DNA of 36,157 nucleotides from Phoronis australis (Eukaryota; Animalia; Phoronida). The DNA lies in assembly GCA_002633005.1 (NCBI GenBank), contig NMRA01001242.1, positions 1 to 36,157 on the forward strand, given 5' to 3'. The notes under the pieces were generated by a model. The model was not told the origin of the DNA. It saw only the letters and a program-made list of their open reading frames with translations, and made no database searches. The position numbers were made by a program, and so were the translations under genes. Below, one piece after another: positions 1 to 11,085 of the stretch. How positions within the stretch are numbered: the stretch's first letter is position 1; each line of letters opens with the position of its first letter.

Positions 1-5
1 GTTGA

Positions 6-611
6 CCTCCTCACAACATCCTTCAGTCATCAGCCAGTGCTTGTGCTACTGACAAAAGGATCACCCTGTGTTTTATTGACGTGACCCTTCATGAAAATAT
101 GTAGACTCGAGTTTCAAAAATACAACCGAATAAAAATCTCGTCAAGTCATTCTCCGACAGTAAATGTTTCCGTCCGAGTACGCGATGGGGTGTAATCATT
201 CATGCCCGGTTTCAAAGTTTGACTGAGGGTGGCGATAATCCTGGCAGTTATCTTTCTGGAACAAATCACACTCGAATTTGGGACCGGTTCTTGGAAGCAC
301 TGACTGGACATTGTCGTTCGCATTTCTCCTGTTATTACGAATTCCGTCTCATCTCAGAATCGTGAAGCCAAGAGTTATCGTCGTGTACACACATTAGTTT
401 CCCACCCCCGAGTTTAGCTGTGTAGAGGCGCTGCCTAAAATCCACAGTGTCGACGTTTGCAAAATATCATCGAATTCGAGACACCCCTCGAGCAAAGCGG
501 GCAAGTGTCTGACACAAATAGTAGAAAGATTGAATACGGAACTGTTGTTAAATATTGCTAAAGCACTACGTGAATCAGGCCCGAACCCCCTCCCCCCGCG
601 GGAAAGGTACA
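6..611 (+). repeat. ~600-bp direct repeat, copy 1 (copy 2 at 34083-34678)
   Basis: CCTCCTCACAACATCC...GCGGGAAAGGTACA recurs near-identically at 34083-34678, with a few substitutions and small indels. The minus-strand ORFs 394..612 and 34419..34604 share sequence. Confidence 0.95.
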
Positions 612-711
612 AGGCCGTCTTTTTTCCGTCTTGGCCGTGCCGTCCAAAGCCGTCATTTTTTTAAAAGGGCCGTCCCAAGGACGGCCAGAACGGCCGCTAG
701 ATGAGTCCCTG
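612..711. mobile_element. Orphan right end of a hAT-like non-autonomous DNA transposon
   Basis: Clustered GGCCGT/ACGGCC subterminal motifs end in ...GAGTCCCTG (reverse complement CAGGGACTC, a hAT-type terminus). No matching left end was seen. Confidence 0.45.
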
Positions 712-2454
712 CGATTATGAAAATTGACATATATGTGTTCCTACTGAGAAAAGGATGGCGTATGATGATCTTTAGACAGCTCCAACAACAGTCACTCCCC
801 TTAGTGGCATTTTTTTGTGTCCGTGGCTGTATCTCCTGAACCCTCTGCAGGATCTTTGTTAATTTTTTCTGTCTTCGATATCTTTGGAATTGAGGGATGA
901 CATCTATCCGTTTTCAGAAGGCACACTGTTTGTGGTGCATTAGTAGGTGCATTTCAATGCTCTGCATTGCTCTTGTTTGTTACTTGTTTGATGTAGACGT
1001 TTTCATAACCTAAGGGACACATGTCCGAACTTTAAGTAAGGGCATATTTATGTGACTGTCTAAATGTCCTTGGGCAGACACTCGCAATGTTTTGAACTCA
1101 CTGGATAGATTCCTAAAGAAACCGATTTCCACAACCTATTGATAGACTAATCAGTTGTTCAAATCGATTCAGATACTGTGATTTAAAACTGACCTGAGAG
1201 GGGCGTTTCTTTAAACATTCGAGCAATGAGTTCTTGCACATTCAAACCTTTTGTTTAAGGAGATCAGATGTATTGACTTTCTAAGTTTAAAGGTGGTGGT
1301 GTAAGACAGCCTTCTGACATAAAATTTAATGTCATTTAGGCTATTTGATAAGACTCGTTTCGACTTGTTCCTTACAGAGATCAAAAGTGAGTTCATGATT
1401 TGGGAAGAACTAACAGTTAAGAGAAGGCTCAACAAATTTACTTGACACTGCGGGCAGTTTATGCCCTGAAGAAGTTCTGATCACTTCTAATCTGAGTAAG
1501 AGTGATTGTCACAGCGGTTCCGCATTTTGAGAACTATTTTTCTTGTATGAATAACAGGCATCAAGCGGGTTCTCAAAATCTGTGACCCCTGTAAGTTACT
1601 ATTGCGCTGAGCTAGAAGAAAGATGAAAGCAGTTTTATGGTGCCCGTAATCAATCGTCATTTTTGACAGAAAATGAGTTTATAGCAGCTTGAACATACCA
1701 TAGATACAGGTTTTGTTGTTATTTTGAGCTGTTCCATTTTTGTTGACAGCTTATATGTAGCGCTGTGTTGCCGATCCTGGGAATGGCGTAGTTCAACCCT
1801 TAACTTCATTATCAGATGTATGCAACAAGCACGATGTGAAGCCGTTTTCCCTCGACAGCAAAGAACACTCGCAGTATTTCATCACGAACTACCTCTGGGA
1901 CTGTATGGAAGTGGACTGGTGATATGTACTGACTTGGGGATTGGTCATCTGATCTGCGCAAATCATGCGCTGTGATGTTTTGTGAAGTGTTGTCACTTTG
2001 AGATTTTCACAAATGGTATGGTTTCTTCTCTCCACATTTTATGGTCAGCTGACAAGAAGAAGATTTGTGATTGGCTTCATGAAGATGAATCAACGTTGTA
2101 AATGTGACTGCCTAACCACAGATACTTTGTGTACACAGCGAAAAAAATCTGTATCATTTTCACACTGTTCCAGGTAAATGCCGTGGTATTTGTTTAAAGT
2201 CAAGTTGTGTTGTGCTTCTGTCTGATTCTTATCATTGCATTTAAGGTCCTTGATGCTTAGATTTTGAGCCTGGTATTGGCCCCATTACCTTTTGAGAAAT
2301 TTATGAAAACCACACAAAATTCTTTTCATCAGGCCCATGTCTATGGTTCATAGTACATGCTTAGTACTGGTCTGACACTTTCAGACCAGTCGTGACTTTC
2401 CAAATGAGGAAGTCTATAGCCAGAAATTTTACAGTGTTTTCAGCTTACACAAAG

Positions 2455-2705
2455 CATATGCACACCCTGGGGGGGGGCTCAAGGCTCAAACGAGCCTCCC
2501 AATTTGGTGAAGTGGGCAAAAAGGTCCGCCTCTGAGAAACTCCAAAAAAGTAGAAAACGAGATAAAAGTCCACTAAAAAGGCAGGAAATACCAAAATTCC
2601 GCGAATGAACAATTCCTAGCTCTGAAGGTACCAGTGAATCTTAGTAAAAGGTCCACATTCCCAAAAATGTGAGCCCCCCCATTGCTTAGGCTAGGTGCGC
2701 ACATG
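2455..2705. mobile_element. MITE with 5-bp TSD (CAAAG)
   Basis: Imperfect terminal inverted repeats (TIRs) CATATGCACACC / GGTGCGCACATG, with G-run/C-run subtermini and internal AAGGTCC-like motifs. CAAAG lies at 2450-2454 and 2706-2710. Confidence 0.75.
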
Positions 2706-3287
2706 CAAAGCACACTGGAGGCTGGAACTCTCTATAGATATGTTTATTAAAGTACAACCACAATTTACATTACAATAAACACTTAAGAGTTAACAATGTG
2801 CAGTTATGAATGTACAACAACACAGACTCGCCCTGGGATAAAAATTCTAGAATTTTAACTATAGAGTGAAGCTACAAGGTGCCATCTTATTTTCAAATTC
2901 AATAAATTTAAAGTTTTTATTAAAAAATAACTTTTTCAGCTTTGAGGTGATCTAGAATTAATTTATTTTTGTTGATCTAAACTGAGGGTGGGGGGTTATA
3001 TTATTAGTCTACTTTTATATACCGGTAATGTGAAATGTAGTTAAATAAATTATGAGATTAATATGTGGTGTGCCAATTTTCACAAATAAAATATCAATAA
3101 GTGTTAAATTAAGGGCTACTGATGGTTTTCCAAGAAAATCACAATTCAAAAGAATGTCAAGAGTGTTTGATACTAGGACAAAACCAGAAAAGATAAATGA
3201 GGCGTTCAGATTCCTCTTTACAAAAAGTGCATGTAGTTCTTGACTCCCAATTTTATGTAAAAGGGAATTGCAGCTTATTATATGGGA

Positions 3288-4222
3288 CAGGGCTCGACCT
3301 AACGAGCTGCAGGTCGCATTTGCGACCTGAAATTTGGAAATGCGAGCTGAGATTTTTGTCAGCTCGTATCAAGTCGCAAAATGCGACCTGGAATTTCCAA
3401 CGAATGCGAGCTGAGTTTTTACACTTCTCAACAGATACCTGGCAAATACAAAGCAGCTCTTGTTAATCCGACCGTTATTTGGTCGCTGCCAAATCCAAGT
3501 TCAAAACAACNNNNNNNNNNNNNNNNNNNNNNNNNNNNNNNNNNNNNNNNNNNNNNNNNNNNNNNNNNNNNNNNNNNNNNNNNNNNNNNNNNNNNNNNNN
3601 NNNNNNNNNNNNNNNNNNNNNNNNNNNNNNNNNNNNNNNNNNNNNNNNNNNNNNNNNNNNNNNNNNNNNNNNNNNNNNNNNNNNNNNNNNNNNNNNNNNN
3701 NNNNNNNNNNNNNNNNNNNNNNNNNNNNNNNNNNNNNNNNNNNNNNNNNNNNNNNNNNNNNNNNNNNNNNNNNNNNNNNNNNNNNNNNNNNNNNNNNNNN
3801 NNNNNNNNNNNNNNNNNNNNNNNNNNNNNNNNNNNNNNNNNNNNNNNNNNNNNNNNNNNNNNNNNNNNNNNNNNNNNNNNNNNNNNNNNNNNNNNNNNNN
3901 NNNNNNNNNNNNNNNNNNNNNNNNNNNNNNNNNNNNNNNNNNNNNNNNNNNNNNNNNNNNNNNNNNNNNNNNGTCGTGCAGAACAGTAAGGCCGTACCTG
4001 CATGAATGAAGTCAATTTTGAGATCCGAAATTTGTGAGTATTTAACGCTGCAAGTAAGAGCAATTTCTCGATGATCTAAAAAATCTATTTTGGCGCGTAA
4101 AAATGGCGGGAAAATTTTGCGACCTGGCATTTACGAATGCGAGCTGGATTTTGAAAATGCGACCTGGGATTTTGGCTAGGTTGCAAAATGCGACCTGGCG
4201 ATTTTAATAACGTCGAGCCCTG
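3288..4222. mobile_element. Non-autonomous hAT (hAT5-like) element with 5-bp TSD, spanning an assembly gap
   Basis: Perfect 11-bp TIR CAGGGCTCGAC / GTCGAGCCCTG, TGGGA on both flanks (3283-3287, 4223-4227), and multiple subterminal GCGACCTG/GCGAGCTG motifs at both ends. Confidence 0.85.
3511..3972. other. Assembly gap (N run); further gaps at 16225-16358 and 22864-23124
   Basis: Runs of N in the sequence. Confidence 0.99.
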
Positions 4223-4539
4223 TGGGATGTCTCAATTGAAAGGATACCAAACCCTATGAACAGTTACTAAAAACGACTTTCCCGTCCTGTTCTCTGAAAC
4301 AAAATATGGCTCTGTAACCCTAAAAAATTGGGAGGTAAATTTAAAAACTCCTTTCAAAGTCTGCTAAATCGGCACGCGTGACCTACGCTTTTAGCCAGTT
4401 ACATATCAACTGTGGCAAAAGACCACCCACCAAGGGCCATCATGTCTAATTTGTGAAATAGGGGGTGTGAGTTTTTAGATTGACGCCAATGGTGTATTAG
4501 CAGGTGACAGAACGAGGATTGGTTGAAATCATAACAAGG

Positions 4540-5700
4540 TTTAGTGTCCTTTTAAGTTGTGTATCCGAGGAAAAACAAAAAGATAATATACGTATTTTTC
4601 CCACCACTCCTGCCCCGGAGAAATATTGAAGCAGTTTTCCCACTTGAATTCAGATCTTGTTTTTACAGTAACTGTTAATTTAAGTGAGTATAGGCTTTTT
4701 ATTTGAATACTCTCTAAATTAGTGGGAAAAAACAAATTTGACGTACCATCCTCTGAAACGAGAAGCATTAGGAAATTTTGAGTTATACCATAACGGCTCG
4801 GACACGAAATCATGTTTTTCTAATTTAATTTTTGGGATAACCACATGGGTGTGAAAAATACCCTTCAGGAAGTACACGTAATTAATTACCTTTTTCGCAA
4901 AAAAACTTGAAAATAGAATCACTAAAGTGCAACAATTTACAAATTGGTGAGGAAAAACAAGTCTTAATTGCCGTAATGATCCGTCTTTGTTAAGATTTAA
5001 TTTGTTGGTCCATGAAAATTTTTTTAAAAGAGATAAAACTCTTAACGAAGGATTCAACACGCATTCATTTACAACCTAACTGCCTTAGAGAACTCTTACC
5101 ATTGTTATTCTACAGATTGTATCAATCGTAGCCTGCCAAATAAAAATAAGAAACTAATTTTTATTGTTTTCGGTGATGGTGATGTGGTAGAAATAAATGA
5201 CCGGGCCAACTTAGAAATCATGACAAATGATTTCAACAGTTATTCCACCAAAAGTTGTTATATTCCTTGTTGACCATATTTTCCAGTTTCTCCTAGTTCT
5301 CACCGAAATTGAGGCCAGGAATGTCCGAAAGAGCTAAGCTGAACTTTCAATACAGAAAAATGAGATTTAGACCAAACAAGACCGGAATCTTAGACATAAG
5401 CAATCGTTCCTGAAACGTTCGCTACCAATCCACACACAGAGTTTTTATCCATATTTGGTTTAACCTGGATATTTAAAAATGGTCCAACAATTGTGAAGGA
5501 TGTTTTATTATAGATTCGCAGAAGCCATCAAGTATCAAAATCGTATTATCGTTTTGGTTTTATGAATAAGTTCATTTATTACTATTAGACGTGCCGTTGA
5601 ACAATAAAACTGGATAGAATCTTATAATTGACAATGAGCAAACATATAGACCTCCATTGTTTTTCTAATACTCTCTTTGCCAGGCTACTTTTGGTTTCAC
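4540..5700 (-). mobile_element. Highly decayed L1/Tx1-clade LINE ORF2 remnant
   Basis: Minus-strand fragments KIWSTRNITTFGGITV (resembling the post-RT W..R.LT.FGKITV motif) and EPLWYNSKF (PLW.N motif) occur in the expected order, with many stops and frameshifts. Boundaries are approximate. Confidence 0.55.
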
Positions 5701-7274
5701 GGAATACCACCTATTAATTTCCATGGAAACTAATTGTTCGGGGCTAGTTTTCAGTTTCATATCAGTAATGGTCTGAGGTTCCACCAAAGACTACGACAGG
5801 TCTATGGTTCCACGACAGTTTAATTTTAGCAAATTTTTATTAGTAGCATTGAGTAACTTTAAAACATTGAAAATAGAAAAATGGCTAATTCGATATAACT
5901 AAACTTGTCAATTGACAAATCTTGACAAACACTTCCTCATTTTCAAATTCTCGTAAGATGGGTACTTGGCGTCATAATTGACAGAACTCTTGCAGCAATA
6001 GCTTGGCTGAAACGGCGTCATTTCTGGTAACCCCTCAATATACATGGGTGCATAAGTTGCTGTCGTCTCTGTCCGGGGGGGACGTCGTCCAGTGTCAGTT
6101 GCTAGCTGTATCTCCCAATACCCTTGTATCGGAATCTCACTGAGATTTGGCAGACTGTGTGTCTATGAACCTCACGTAAGACTGACCTGATACGACTACG
6201 CTGAATAGTGGCAATTCTGTTTTTTAGGTTTGCCTCTTTATCGTGGAAGTTCCTTGTTGGGTTCTCTAAAAATTTAGTACATAGGTGTCTATTAAGGATA
6301 TGAAATTGGGGCAGATTAGACGTAGTTTGCGCCAACTAAGTAGTGGACATTTTTGTTATTTAAAAGTCCGTTTGGACGTCCGCCTCTCTGTCTTCGAAAC
6401 TGCTTCTGGACTGTACTTTGTAATAGAAACATTTCCCGTGGTGATCACAGTATCGAAAAAATAACGGTGAAATTGTGCTGATTTACAGTATTTGAGGTAA
6501 GGACGGTATTGCAAAAGGCAGATTTTACGCTACGGCCGGCAGGCGACGGAGAGTTGAACGCTGCGAGCAGAAGGTTACCTCGGTAAAAAAGCCCAGGTCT
6601 TAACTTCTTGTAGGGACCTTCGCTCTCAGTGTAGATATACTGTATGCATCCATAACGAAACGTTTTTGTTGGACTTGAGTTAGATTTTGTCTGATTTTAC
6701 TGGCCGGTGACGTTATTTAGCTTAATCTATTTACATGATGTATGATGACCCAGATTGAAACTTCAGCGAGGCCCAAAAATAGCCACCTGATCACCATGCG
6801 TCGGAATTTTCATCGGTAAATCTTTTCTGTTTTTAGAGCAGTAAAGCTGCTTTTTCAGGAACGATGGCTTGAACTAATGATTTAAGTAACCTAAATGATT
6901 GAGCCCAATAAAATTTGGCGTTGTACACGCGAATTTACTCCACCACCAGACTGCACACCAACCGTGATATACAGCTTCTACCGCTGAATACGGCCTCTAA
7001 CGTGATCTACGGGTTGGCTCTACTTTCCCGTATATCACACTTGAATACGTCACACATACAATGACTATATTTTCATGTATATGGGATAATTCTTGTTTTA
7101 TGTAAATGATTCAAATATCGTATTAATGACATATTTGTTCGCGGCTCACAACGTAATTCACGTTATCCGTACGCTATCAAAAAGCAAATATAACTACATA
7201 TAGCTAGTCTGCCGTCGGCAACCAGAAACCCCACACACATATCCGAAACAGTTAAGAACTGGAGCTATACGAAA

Positions 7275-8417
7275 ATGGGGTTCTCCGTTTCGTCGTGCTT
7301 TCTTTTCTTCTTGTTAGGCGTGTACGGTTCCAAGGCGTTGTCATTTCCACCAACTGCTCGTCCACCAACGACTCATCCACCAACTAGACCTACGATAGCC
7401 ATCGGTTGTTACGATGGCATGAAATTGTATCCACCGGGGTCTAAAGTTATAGAAGGGCTATGTCCGAAATACTGCAGAGCTGGCGGGAGGTGGCAATACG
7501 TTGATACATTTGAGTGTATTTTCGGATACAAATCGACGACTTCACCAAAGACAACCGTTCCTAAGACAACAGTGGCCGTGACAACCGTGCCATCTGGATG
7601 TTTCTATAGACTAAGATGGTACACCCATGGAGATGTTCTTCGATACGTTGCATGTGAAGTGAAGTTTTGTGACCACGGTAACGTGAGATCCATCCGCTTG
7701 CCTGCATGTACGACACCACCGACACCAACAACAACCACGAGATCTGAAAATTGCTTCTTCAACAATAAATGGTATAGGAATGGAGACCCTATACCATCGA
7801 GAGGTTGCGAGTACAAGTACTGCCACTTCGGCGGCGTTAAAACTACGTTCCTTCCTTGCACTAGGCCACCTACAATAATTGCTTCAACTCCATCCTTTTC
7901 GAAGACAGACGGGTGCTTTTACAATGGTCGCTGGTACAAACCGTGGGAGCAAGTGGGTAGCGGAGACTGCTGGGGCTCTTATTGTCATCCTTATTCTAAC
8001 ATGGTTACTCGATGGGACGACTGTGATAAAACTACACCTTATCCTAAACATCCCACTACCTTGCCTTTGGGCTGTTTTGAAAATGGGCGCTGGTATGCTC
8101 CTGGAGCAGAAATTTCACGAGGGCAAACAGGAAACTGGTGTTATGGTACCACGTGTTCTAACGGTGGAGTAATCACGTCATGGGACAATTTCAATTGTTT
8201 CACCACCCGCACGCCTCATACAACGATCCTCCATTCCACCCGACGTTCCCCGCGCCAGGCCCCTACGGGGTTCCAGCCAACCACTCCCTTTGGTTGTTAT
8301 GAGAACGGTAAACGGTACGCACCAGGGGAGGAAATGTCCCGCAGTAAGAATGGCTGTTCCGGTTCGTACTGTTCATGGAATGGAATGATTCTGCATTGGG
8401 ACAAGTTTAATTGTTGA
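7275..8417 (+). CDS. Secreted mucin-like protein with six 4-Cys/aromatic (VWC/Fn1-like) modules and Thr/Pro-rich linkers, 380 aa, single exon
   Basis: N-terminal hydrophobic signal-like segment (MGFSVSSCFLFFLLGVYGSKA), repeated GC[FY]xNG[RK]WYxPG...C...C...WD..C modules, PTT-rich spacers, and an AAAATGG start context. Confidence 0.9.
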   Translation: MGFSVSSCFLFFLLGVYGSKALSFPPTARPPTTHPPTRPTIAIGCYDGMKLYPPGSKVIEGLCPKYCRAGGRWQYVDTFECIFGYKSTTSPKTTVPKTTVAVTTVPSGCFYRLRWYTHGDVLRYVACEVKFCDHGNVRSIRLPACTTPPTPTTTTRSENCFFNNKWYRNGDPIPSRGCEYKYCHFGGVKTTFLPCTRPPTIIASTPSFSKTDGCFYNGRWYKPWEQVGSGDCWGSYCHPYSNMVTRWDDCDKTTPYPKHPTTLPLGCFENGRWYAPGAEISRGQTGNWCYGTTCSNGGVITSWDNFNCFTTRTPHTTILHSTRRSPRQAPTGFQPTTPFGCYENGKRYAPGEEMSRSKNGCSGSYCSWNGMILHWDKFNC

Positions 8418-8729
8418 ATAAATCCGCCACCAAGCCCATCGTCACAGACTACACAACCAACGACTCCACCCCAACCAAGCACTACTACGCGTCCTCCAAC
8501 GACAACATGCGGCGGTAATTGTCCGTTGTACTGTTACAAAGATGGTCAACTTTTCCCCAAAGGAAAGGAGTTGTCTCGCAGGACAACTTTCAGTCCCAAC
8601 GGTCAAATCATCTGTTACGGCATTTATTGCAGCGACAATGGTAAGGTCTTCTGGAAGGATCCCACCTGTAGAAAGACCACACTATCTTTGTTGATACGTC
8701 TCCACCTACTACGATTCTACACATTATAA
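8418..8729 (+). pseudogene. In-frame continuation beyond TGA: Thr/Pro linker plus seventh 4-Cys module (lost C-terminus or readthrough extension)
   Basis: Same frame as the 7275 ORF, reading INPPPSPSSQTTQPTTPPQPSTTTRPPTTTCGGNCPLYCYKDGQLFPKGKELSR...CYGIYCSDNGKVFWKDPTC, and open to TAA at 8727-8729. Confidence 0.75.
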
Positions 8730-8896
8730 AGCCCTAAGCTAGGAGGATAACAGTCTAATGACTGTTTGTCATGTGAGGAAAAATAGTTGAGACTTTTGAA
8801 AATGTTCATTTGGAAAAATCATCAGATTTAGAACGTGTCCAAACTTAACCAGGAGGTAAAATTTTGGTAGCAATGAATGTTTTGTGATCATGGCTC

Positions 8897-9281
8897 GGGG
8901 TCGAATCGTTTTTGCTCGAAATCGAACTCCGATTATTTTTGGTAATTTCTATTCTACCATTAAGCGAACTCAAGACAAGTGTATATTATCTTGGCCTCGA
9001 GTACATAACAGCTTACGTGGATAACTGCATTTTAATTTTCATGACCCCATCATCAAGGCTAAAAGCTCGAATCTGCAATCGACATTAATTTGTGTTTCCA
9101 ATCAAGTTGGGAGGTTGAGTTTAGGATTCATGAAGTACGAACTTGGACTAAATACTCCCGCATAAACCATAACGTTATCGAGTACAGACTAGTAGACTCA
9201 TATCTTGAGTTCACACAAAGGTAGAACGAATAATGCAAAAAGAAATTTCGAGTTCAGTTTCGAGTACAAAGATTAGACCCC
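8897..9281. mobile_element. MITE in the probable 3' UTR of the mucin-like gene
   Basis: GGGGTCGAATC...CTCGAAATCGAACTC is inverted against GAGTTCAGTTTCGAGTACAAAGATTAGACCCC, and inner arms (GAACTCAAGA/TCTTGAGTTC) also pair. A related end lies at ~17120-17156. Confidence 0.75.
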
Positions 9282-9318
9282 AGGACGGTGCACTGATATT
9301 GTTTTCCTGATTAGTCTC

Positions 9319-9324
9319 AATAAA
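9319..9324 (+). terminator. Candidate polyadenylation signal AATAAA for the mucin-like gene
   Basis: First clear AATAAA seen downstream of the CDS, followed by T/G-rich sequence. Motif evidence only. Confidence 0.35.
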
Positions 9325-10672
9325 GAACGATGCGGCAATGCAATTTTGTTCTAATTTGTACTTATTCGCGTCAGCTGGATTACCAGTAGCAAGTATCTTT
9401 CAAATGGTTTTACACTTTCGCCATCGCCTTGATGAATTCTGAGGGTGTTACACTTTTAAATGCAATTTCTATTGAAAACGTTTTTCAAATATTTTAAAGC
9501 AGGTGTAAACAGGCATTCAATTCAAGGTTTAGATTTAAACCCCTTACCGCTATAAAATTGGTTGTCCCTTTCACAAATGAGAAGGGATTTCTGGGTTTGA
9601 AAGAACTGACGGTTGGTCATTCTTTGAAACTTCACGCGGCGCATAAAATACACGCTGTGACAAGCTAACTTGTAGAGACTGGTCGGGAGCAATACCCTGA
9701 TTCCACTTCCAGTTTTTTGCAATACTGTTTGAGACCAATTTCAAGACCGTGATTGTCAGTGGTTTAAATCAAAAGTTGTTTTTTGAGATAGAAGGTGGGT
9801 TTAATACCACTTTAACGTGATTTAAACTTATGAGATTTTAAAAAGCTTTAATTTTATAAAAAGAACATCAACGGTCTTCTGGTTGAATCAAGCAAAACAC
9901 CAAAATGTCATGGTCACATATTTAAGAAGTAATATTTATGGAATTGTAATTATTGGCCATTTGGATGACTCGACTTTCGACGACTCTCTATGGTAATTTT
10001 ATCAAAATACGCGTATAAGTTAATACACAATCAAAATCACAATTTAATTTGAGATACTCTGTACGCACTTCTGCCTTGGGAATGCCGTCATAGGTTCGAT
10101 TGATTTCGACATCTGAGAATATTTGCTGCTGAAGACAGAGTCACGCGATCTAGAAAGTCGGCAGTCCTGCTGACGAGAACAGTAACACATTTGTGAAGCG
10201 AATTTTTGAGATTTTCGGTTCTGCTTTAAAAGGCCCGTAGCCAGCTTTCTTGGGGGGTGGTTCGAATGTCTAGAACGGTGGACCTTTGAAGTTTTGCAAA
10301 CTTCGACACTATTGAGTTTTCGGTAAGGCCCTTGACGCAGCTTAATTAGGGGGAAGGAAAATCTATATACACAACGACGACTCTCAGCCCTATGTTCCCA
10401 AGATCAGACGGAATTCGTAGTACCAGAAATGAGGGTTGCTTGCAAAGAACGGGACTCAAATTCAGGTGTAGCCTAATGTCCACAAAGAGAACGTTCTCGC
10501 CATACCTCCTGCCAAACTTTCAAATCATGCGTGCTTATATGAGTAATTACACCTCAGTACATACTCGGACGGAAATATTTAGTAGTATGACAACTTGACG
10601 AATTTTTTATCTGGTTGTAGTTTTGCAAGTTTTGCTTGTTAGTTGCATACATCGCTGGAAATGGGAACACGC

Positions 10673-10765
10673 CACTATTCCGAAGGTTCACTATTCCGAA
10701 GGTTCACCATTCCGAAGATTTACTACTTCAAAGGTTCACCGTACTCCGCAAGTTTCACTACTCCA
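10673..10765. repeat. ~16-bp minisatellite (CACTATTCCGAAGGTT, ~6 degenerating copies), probably a transposon subterminus
   Basis: Two perfect copies followed by progressively diverged ones. A weak inverted echo (ACCTTCGGAA) lies near 11049-11058. Confidence 0.75.
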
Positions 10766-11085
10766 AAAATATTTGAAATTTCGGAATCACATGTATTTTT
10801 TATACTTTTACATACAAAAATAAATGATACTTCAGTTATCAGATGCATTGAATGGTGTACCCATGACAGCGTTTTCCCGTTCTGTGACTTTTCCAGACGA
10901 AGGGGGTTCTGACCGTGTGATAACATCTAGCTTCTTTGTTAACTGCCAAGCACACTCTTTTGACTGTTATGACAACAGGCACGCCAATTATGTACGAGGC
11001 TTATCTACAGACCACGTGTGAACTCCGTCAAACCCAGAGTGTATTGGTACCTTCGGAAAGAATAGATTATCGTAACTTCGGTTGC

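Noticed and set aside
6-611. LTR of a giant retroelement
   Set aside because: No TG start, PBS, PPT or TSD, and no gag/pol between the copies.
1000-2400. Possible decayed coding sequence on the minus strand
   Set aside because: Only short ORFs, with no motif I can recognise.
3381-4130. Long ORFs spanning N runs (also at 16208-16419 and 22853-23131)
   Set aside because: Artefacts of translating assembly gaps.
8748-8800. SECIS element supporting selenocysteine at TGA 8415
   Set aside because: ATGA...TGAG is present, but helix register and the apical AA spacing do not fit by eye, and the ATGA lies in a competing hairpin (AACAGTC/GACTGTT). Not supportable without SECISearch.
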